In this document: piece after piece, positions 23,977 to 28,386 of the stretch
How the letters are laid out: each line of letters starts with the position of its first letter
Position numbering within the stretch: the stretch's first letter is position 1
Source of the DNA: a virus
Taxonomy: Duplodnaviria; Caudoviricetes
Length of the DNA stretch: 28,386 nt
Reading direction: 5' to 3' (one strand)
Virus record (IMG/VR): IMGVR_UViG_3300025848_001656
Coordinates: 1-28,386 of that record
Position numbers and translations under genes: made by a program
The notes under the pieces: generated by a model
What the model saw: only the letters and a program-made list of their open reading frames with translations
Told to the model about the DNA's origin: nothing
Database searches by the model: none

Positions 23977-24219
23977 ATGCGGATCAGGGTTGTGGAGAAA
24001 AAACTTGGTCGCGAACGCGCACTCGGACAGTGCTTCCACGGTGAGAACGTCATCGAAATCGACCCTCGACAGGGCGAACGCGAGCGGTTGGACACATTGA
24101 TTCACGAAGTCCTGCACCTCGCCAAACCGGATCTCACCGAAGAAGAAGTTATCAGGGTTGCTAATATCCTGACTAAGCAGGTTTGGAAGTGTGGGTATCG
24201 GCGGATTTTGAAGCCTTGA
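23977..24219 (+). CDS. Minimal zincin-like metallopeptidase (HEXXH)
   Basis: G.C......I.ID.......DTLIHEVLH.....EE.V pattern. Confidence 0.8.
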   Translation: MRIRVVEKKLGRERALGQCFHGENVIEIDPRQGERERLDTLIHEVLHLAKPDLTEEEVIRVANILTKQVWKCGYRRILKP

Positions 24220-24451
24220 TCTCGCGGTAATGCGGCGTCGGATAGACACCTCTGCCAACCGTTTGGATGCGAAACCGCTTGCGTTCCATCGCACCGCATT
24301 TGGTAGCTCTTTGAAGAACGATTCCTGCGGCGTTGTTGGTCATACCCCATTCGACCGCAAATTGTTCGACCGTCTTCCAACCTGCGGGGATTTCATCCGG
24401 TTGATTGGCGATTGCCAAACGGAGCCTCGTCAGAAGCTCGGCAGACTCCAT
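24173..24451 (-). CDS. Putative winged-HTH-like small protein
   Basis: P.GWKT..Q.A..WG.....A...L......G.ME pattern; the start may instead be 24472. Confidence 0.55.
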   Translation of the reverse strand: MESAELLTRLRLAIANQPDEIPAGWKTVEQFAVEWGMTNNAAGIVLQRATKCGAMERKRFRIQTVGRGVYPTPHYREIKASKSADTHTSKPA

Positions 24452-25179
24452 TTTGTCTCGTTCTGATTCCATATGTGTACGTTCAGGTTTGCACTGTCAT
24501 CATCGTATTCGCCGTAAACGATTCCGTGAGACCACGCCAACGTGGATCTCCTTTTATGCGCGTATTCCATGCATGGCATATCGCTCAAGGTGCCGGGGCT
24601 GTATGCAAGTGGGTGTAGGGAGTTTCGTCCGGCTGCAACTCCAGCGCGATGCGCGTGTGCCACGACGCAGTTTCCCCAGGTCTCTGCACTATCACGCAGG
24701 AAATTCTCGCCGTACAAAACGCCATGTCCCCATGCGAATCCACCCAAATGATAGAAACTTCTTTTGAAGACGTCATTGTGTTGGATGAAGGTGTGACAGT
24801 GTTTCTCTATCGGCTTGATCATCCGTTCCCAGACCGCTTCCGCGAATCCGCGAACGACCGTGTTGTGGTGCCTCAGATACCTCTGCGCTCGTTGATCGTG
24901 GTTTCCGAGGGTGAAAACAGTAGGGCGTAGATCGTTAAGAAAACTAGCTCCGCACTCGATGTCATCCAGATAATCGTCAGCGGCATCGCTATCTGCTGGA
25001 TTTGCCAATGAACCGGCTCGAAGACTTGCCAGATCGTAAGCATCACCCAGATGAATGACTTCGTCAGGACGATACGCTTCACGGAACAGGAGTGCGGCAG
25101 CTAGAGCGTTCTTGTTGGCGCGATTACCGTGTGTGCAGCCTATGGCCATCACCCGTTTCCGCGCCTTGATGATATTCAT
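24430..25179 (-). CDS. Calcineurin-like metallophosphoesterase
   Basis: Motifs GCTHG, HLGDAYD, GNHD, HG and AHAH in canonical order. Confidence 0.85.
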   Translation of the reverse strand: MNIIKARKRVMAIGCTHGNRANKNALAAALLFREAYRPDEVIHLGDAYDLASLRAGSLANPADSDAADDYLDDIECGASFLNDLRPTVFTLGNHDQRAQRYLRHHNTVVRGFAEAVWERMIKPIEKHCHTFIQHNDVFKRSFYHLGGFAWGHGVLYGENFLRDSAETWGNCVVAHAHRAGVAAGRNSLHPLAYSPGTLSDMPCMEYAHKRRSTLAWSHGIVYGEYDDDSANLNVHIWNQNETKWSLPSF

Positions 25180-25180
25180 G

Positions 25181-25223
25181 TGCGGCAATATTAAAAATGC
25201 CGCATTCTATTATCATTTGTCAA
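25181..25223 (-). promoter_or_regulatory. Candidate promoter (TTGACA -35) overlapped by inverted repeat TGCGGCA-N10-TGCCGCA
   Basis: Perfect TTGACA at 25223-25218 on the minus strand, weak -10 (CATTTT, 18-nt spacer), 7-bp inverted repeat at 25181-25204. Confidence 0.45.
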
Positions 25224-25672
25224 CGACCTCCACCCAGTGCGTAGTGAAGAATTAGCAACGCATCGCAGTTCTTAAGTGTAACATCTTGGCTTGGATAGAG
25301 TTCTTGAGCCTTCGATTTGAGCTTTCGCTTCCACTCGGGTCCGGTCGCACAGGACTTCTTGCCTCCTAGTCCAAGCGGTTCCTGCCATATCTTGGGTTCG
25401 ACTCGATGCAGAGCATAACCGTATGCGTAGGCCAATCCTTGGCAGATGCCGTAGTTCTCGTGGAGCGTGGCGACTGCGGAGGCCGGGGTCAGCTTGGACA
25501 CGAACTTGGGTAGTTTCTCGATCCAGAAATGGGATTCGGTTGTCTTGAATCCGCTGATCAACTGGGCCATGTCCGGTACGGACTCGGGCATCGGCAGGAG
25601 GATGATTCCGTCTTGGGTCTTGATCGCGAATCCGCCATTCACCCCTGGGTCACAAGCGACGATGGTTTTCAT
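25220..25672 (-). CDS. RuvC-like Holliday junction resolvase
   Basis: IVACDPGVNGG, WIEK, V.PKIWQ and DALLI catalytic pattern. Confidence 0.85.
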   Translation of the reverse strand: MKTIVACDPGVNGGFAIKTQDGIILLPMPESVPDMAQLISGFKTTESHFWIEKLPKFVSKLTPASAVATLHENYGICQGLAYAYGYALHRVEPKIWQEPLGLGGKKSCATGPEWKRKLKSKAQELYPSQDVTLKNCDALLILHYALGGGR

Positions 25673-26112
25673 TTGAGGCAGGAGACGATGTCGGCGGGTT
25701 TGTACGAAGGACTCTTGATGATCTTTCCGTCCTTACGCTTCACGATGTAACGGTTCTGCGTCTTCGTGATCGTGTGTTCCTTCGGCATATTCTCCAGCTT
25801 ATCGATCATCTGCAATTCAGCCGGATGCCAGAGCTTCGACATATTCGATTCGTGAACCGTCTGGAACGCTCGCTCGACCTGATCCTCGCTGAATCCGTAA
25901 GCGATTGCCGCTCCGTAGACGACATAGAGGAGGTCGGCGATGGCATCGAGTGCTTCGACCGGATCTTTGGATGTTTCGAGTTCTGCGGCCTCCTCGTCGA
26001 TCAATGCACGACGAAGGGCGCGAGTCTTTTCATCCGGTATCCGTGGATTGACCTTTGTGTCCTGGCCGAACGAGGCCATGAACGCCGCCACCTGTCTGAT
26101 TTCTTTTTTCAT
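25669..26112 (-). CDS. MazG-like NTP pyrophosphohydrolase (PRA-PH/DR2231-type)
   Basis: LIDEEAAEL, DAIADLLYVVYG, VHESNMSK and DGKIIKS motifs. Confidence 0.88.
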   Translation of the reverse strand: MKKEIRQVAAFMASFGQDTKVNPRIPDEKTRALRRALIDEEAAELETSKDPVEALDAIADLLYVVYGAAIAYGFSEDQVERAFQTVHESNMSKLWHPAELQMIDKLENMPKEHTITKTQNRYIVKRKDGKIIKSPSYKPADIVSCLK

Positions 26113-26121
26113 TTTGTTTTC

Positions 26122-26454
26122 TCAATAGCAGAGAACAACGACGTTCTCCGCAGCTATCCTGATTGCACTTTTTGTTTCTTCACCGTCGTACCATCGCTCG
26201 ACCTTGATCCGCCCCTTGATCCTCACCAGCGCACCATTCTCGATCTCCTCAAGTTGCTGCGCCACCTGACCCCAAGAGACGACCTCAAAGTCGTCGAAAT
26301 CTTCGTGGAACTTGCCAGATGGATCGGTCCAGTGCCTAGCGACACTGATCACTCTCCGAACCATCCTCGCTCCGTTCTTCGTCTCGCCATTCCTCGAAAC
26401 CCCTTTCAGTTCACCGATCAAGAACACTATGTTCTCAGTTGGACTCGCGCTCAT
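26122..26454 (-). CDS. ssb: Single-stranded DNA-binding protein (OB fold, no acidic tail)
   Basis: N.VFLIG, VVSWG..A, G.LV.IKGRI....W and I.AENV motifs. Confidence 0.85.
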   Translation of the reverse strand: MSASPTENIVFLIGELKGVSRNGETKNGARMVRRVISVARHWTDPSGKFHEDFDDFEVVSWGQVAQQLEEIENGALVRIKGRIKVERWYDGEETKSAIRIAAENVVVLCY

Positions 26455-27511
26455 CTATGATCCCAAGTTGTTTGTATGATTTGATTCGCTTCCGAGCGTG
26501 GAACGCTCCGATAGGATGGAACTTGTCCGTGAAATCATAGATTGTCGCGTTATTTTTATCCGATGTCTTACGCAACACACGGCTGGCCCGCTGAATCGTC
26601 TTCTGCGGAGACCGCCCACCGCTCACCATGATCAAAAGTTCGGCATTCGGAAGATCGAGTCCTTCATCGGCCAATGATGTCGCGATCATCGTCTTCAGGT
26701 TGCCGCTCTTGAACTCCTCCATGTAGGAGCGTCGATCCTTCTTACCGATCTTGGAGTGAACCAATCTCGCACCGGGAATCTCATGCTCGTACCACTCGCC
26801 CAGCGTGATGCGTGGCACTAGGATCAAGGTCTGCATATCGCCATGCGTTATGGCCACATCGCGAGCGTACTCGTTGCGCGCATTGTTCTGGCAGATGCCG
26901 ATGTCCACGATGGATTCCCAAGCACACATCCGTTTCAATTCCTCGTCACTTATCCTCATGTAACGACGGCGATCTTTGAACAACCGCTCGATGTTGTTGT
27001 CGATTCGCATCTCAAGACCCATGTCGGTCGCGTTCGACATGACAAGGGTTGCATCGGCCAATGAATCGCCGATGTCTCCCCTGGTGATCTCGATCTGACG
27101 ATTGCGAAAGAGCTTCCGCAGAACCTCATTCCGATCTGGATCATCGCACCAAGGAGTCGCATCGAACCCATAACGCCTCCCGTTACACTGCTCGACTACG
27201 CGCTTCCATTGGTTCGCTGGGCTGTGTTTGCACTCGTCAACGATCAGGAGTTCGCACTTAGTGAAATCGACGCTCTCGTGTGGGCATCGGATCTCGTAGC
27301 GGGCGGGATCAACACCGGCCAGATCGAGGGCCACCTTGGCCTGTTTGCAGGTTTCGATTGTTGGAGCCAGCCAACCAATCCGGTCATTCGGATAGAGGTT
27401 GACGATTGAAGCGGCGATCCAGGTCTTGCCGCTACCGGCTGGTGCAATGACCAATCCATCGGATGTCTTGGCCCATTCGACGACACGTTTTTGGTATTCT
27501 CTCAGATTCAT
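26435..27511 (-). CDS. SF2 (DEAD/ResIII-like) helicase
   Basis: LREYQ (Q motif), APAGSGKT, IVDECKH, ATP, EGLDLP and QRASRVLR; likely start ATG 27511. Confidence 0.9.
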   Translation of the reverse strand: MNLREYQKRVVEWAKTSDGLVIAPAGSGKTWIAASIVNLYPNDRIGWLAPTIETCKQAKVALDLAGVDPARYEIRCPHESVDFTKCELLIVDECKHSPANQWKRVVEQCNGRRYGFDATPWCDDPDRNEVLRKLFRNRQIEITRGDIGDSLADATLVMSNATDMGLEMRIDNNIERLFKDRRRYMRISDEELKRMCAWESIVDIGICQNNARNEYARDVAITHGDMQTLILVPRITLGEWYEHEIPGARLVHSKIGKKDRRSYMEEFKSGNLKTMIATSLADEGLDLPNAELLIMVSGGRSPQKTIQRASRVLRKTSDKNNATIYDFTDKFHPIGAFHARKRIKSYKQLGIIDERESN

Positions 27512-27525
27512 AATTGGAAATTTGT

Positions 27526-27601
27526 CCGCAGTACGGTCACACATTTACCGTCTGCGGGTTGTCCGAGTCACACGACTCGATCCGACTGGGAATCAGCCGG
27601 A
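27526..27601 (-). other. Three tandem stem-loops immediately upstream of the helicase start
   Basis: Stems at 27581-27601, 27563-27580 and 27526-27557; G-U pairs favour folding of the minus strand. Confidence 0.55.
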
Positions 27602-27786
27602 TAAATGATAAAATCGAAGTTGTTCCGCCAGCTATCGTTCAGCCGGTTGTAGGTGTCTAATTTTATCTTCCAAGTCCTCGGATCGCGCATGGACTTGGTG
27701 TGACGGCAGCGAATGCGGATATCTAGGTTGACCAGAGCGGTGTTACGCGCCGGATGATCGACGGGCATTTCGTGGAGGAGTTTCAT
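27568..27786 (-). CDS. Hypothetical protein (72 aa)
   Basis: ATG 27786 in an ATGA overlap with the upstream gene. Confidence 0.65.
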   Translation of the reverse strand: MKLLHEMPVDHPARNTALVNLDIRIRCRHTKSMRDPRTWKIKLDTYNRLNDSWRNNFDFIIYPADSQSDRVV

Positions 27787-28007
27787 TTCTTCAGATCCCT
27801 GCATTGCTTGATGGCATCGTCGATTGCTTTGCGCATCATCGGCCATTCCTCGGGGTTGATGGAGATCTTGCCGTGGCCATCAGCCGATTGACTCACCTCG
27901 ACGTATTCGCCGCCGCCCTCATCTACGATCTCGATGTCGGTGCATTCCATCGAAAGCATATGGTCGTCGGTCGGTGACAGCACCCATTTGATCGTTCGCA
28001 GTTTCAT
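27783..28007 (-). CDS. Hypothetical phage protein (74 aa)
   Basis: T.IEIVDEGGGEYVEVSQ...I.I.PEEWP..R.AID pattern; ATGA overlaps at both ends. Confidence 0.75.
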   Translation of the reverse strand: MKLRTIKWVLSPTDDHMLSMECTDIEIVDEGGGEYVEVSQSADGHGKISINPEEWPMMRKAIDDAIKQCRDLKK

Positions 28008-28222
28008 ATCTTCTCCGTGAGCGATCTGATCCATCGGTTCCTTTCCTTCGGTTTGACGTTGATGAGGTATTCGATGGCCATACAGGCATTGACGCTTGCG
28101 GTATGTTCCCAGTTCTCCTTGTTGTCGTAGTACTCATGCCACCGCTCGCTGGGTGCTACGACGACTTGTCCGGTCTTCCGGTGCTTGAACACGAATGCGG
28201 CAGGTCCGATGGGGATGTTCAT
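28004..28222 (-). CDS. Hypothetical protein (72 aa)
   Basis: ATGA overlaps at both ends. Confidence 0.65.
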   Translation of the reverse strand: MNIPIGPAAFVFKHRKTGQVVVAPSERWHEYYDNKENWEHTASVNACMAIEYLINVKPKERNRWIRSLTEKI

Positions 28223-28386
28223 GGCTTCTGCCCCTTCACCTTGTTCCATTGCTCAATCTCACCATGCCAGCCTAGGAATGCGGCAGCAGCGCACAGCATA
28301 TCGCCAGCACGTTCCAATCTGTTGATGCGTTCGTTCTCTTTCTCTAGCTCGACGATCCGCTTGTTCGCTCCAGCCAGTTGCCGCTC
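28219..28386 (-). CDS. 3' part of a coiled-coil hypothetical protein (...ERQLAGANKRIVELEKENERINRLERAGD...KGQKP*)
   Basis: Open from the window end to a TGA overlapping the next ATG. Confidence 0.65.
   Translation of the reverse strand, partial: ERQLAGANKRIVELEKENERINRLERAGDMLCAAAAFLGWHGEIEQWNKVKGQKP

Noticed and set aside
23971-24294. Upstream part of the 141-aa minus ORF 23869..24294
   Set aside because: It is antisense to the HEXXH gene and overlaps the HTH-like gene; only the last 33 codons look real.
27526-27601. tRNA, hammerhead ribozyme or intrinsic terminator
   Set aside because: No acceptor stem or T-loop, no CUGAUGA/GAAA core and no U-tract; retained only as an unexplained structure.
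1-28386. CRISPR array, integrase/att site, intron/intein or stop-codon reassignment
   Set aside because: No spaced repeats or recombinase seen; core genes are uninterrupted, and all three stop codons end genes at tight junctions under the standard code.

Overview
The window is a gene-dense fragment of a tailed dsDNA bacteriophage with podovirus-like organisation (P22/T7-type portal, nozzle, adaptor and ejection proteins). It has four blocks. (1) 1-1073, + strand: the end of a late operon with small membrane and lysis genes (holin candidates, an overlapping spanin-like pair). (2) 1070-10880, - strand: a tightly coupled head operon running large terminase, Cys-rich protein, portal, a five-gene glycan cassette (GT32, methyltransferase, GT25, methyltransferase, GH130/GT91-like beta-propeller), a small protein and a probable scaffold. 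(3) 10935-21328, + strand: tail and internal virion genes plus two small basic proteins. (4) 21329-28386, mostly - strand: replication and nucleotide metabolism (primase-helicase, metallophosphoesterase, RuvC-like nuclease, MazG-like pyrophosphatase, SSB, SF2 helicase, small ORFs). The best candidate for a novel system is the glycan cassette translationally coupled to the portal gene, probably a virion-glycosylation pathway making a methylated glycan. No major capsid, small terminase, endolysin, integrase, tRNA or CRISPR was recognised. All calls come from reading motifs and gene context by eye; no database searches were run.
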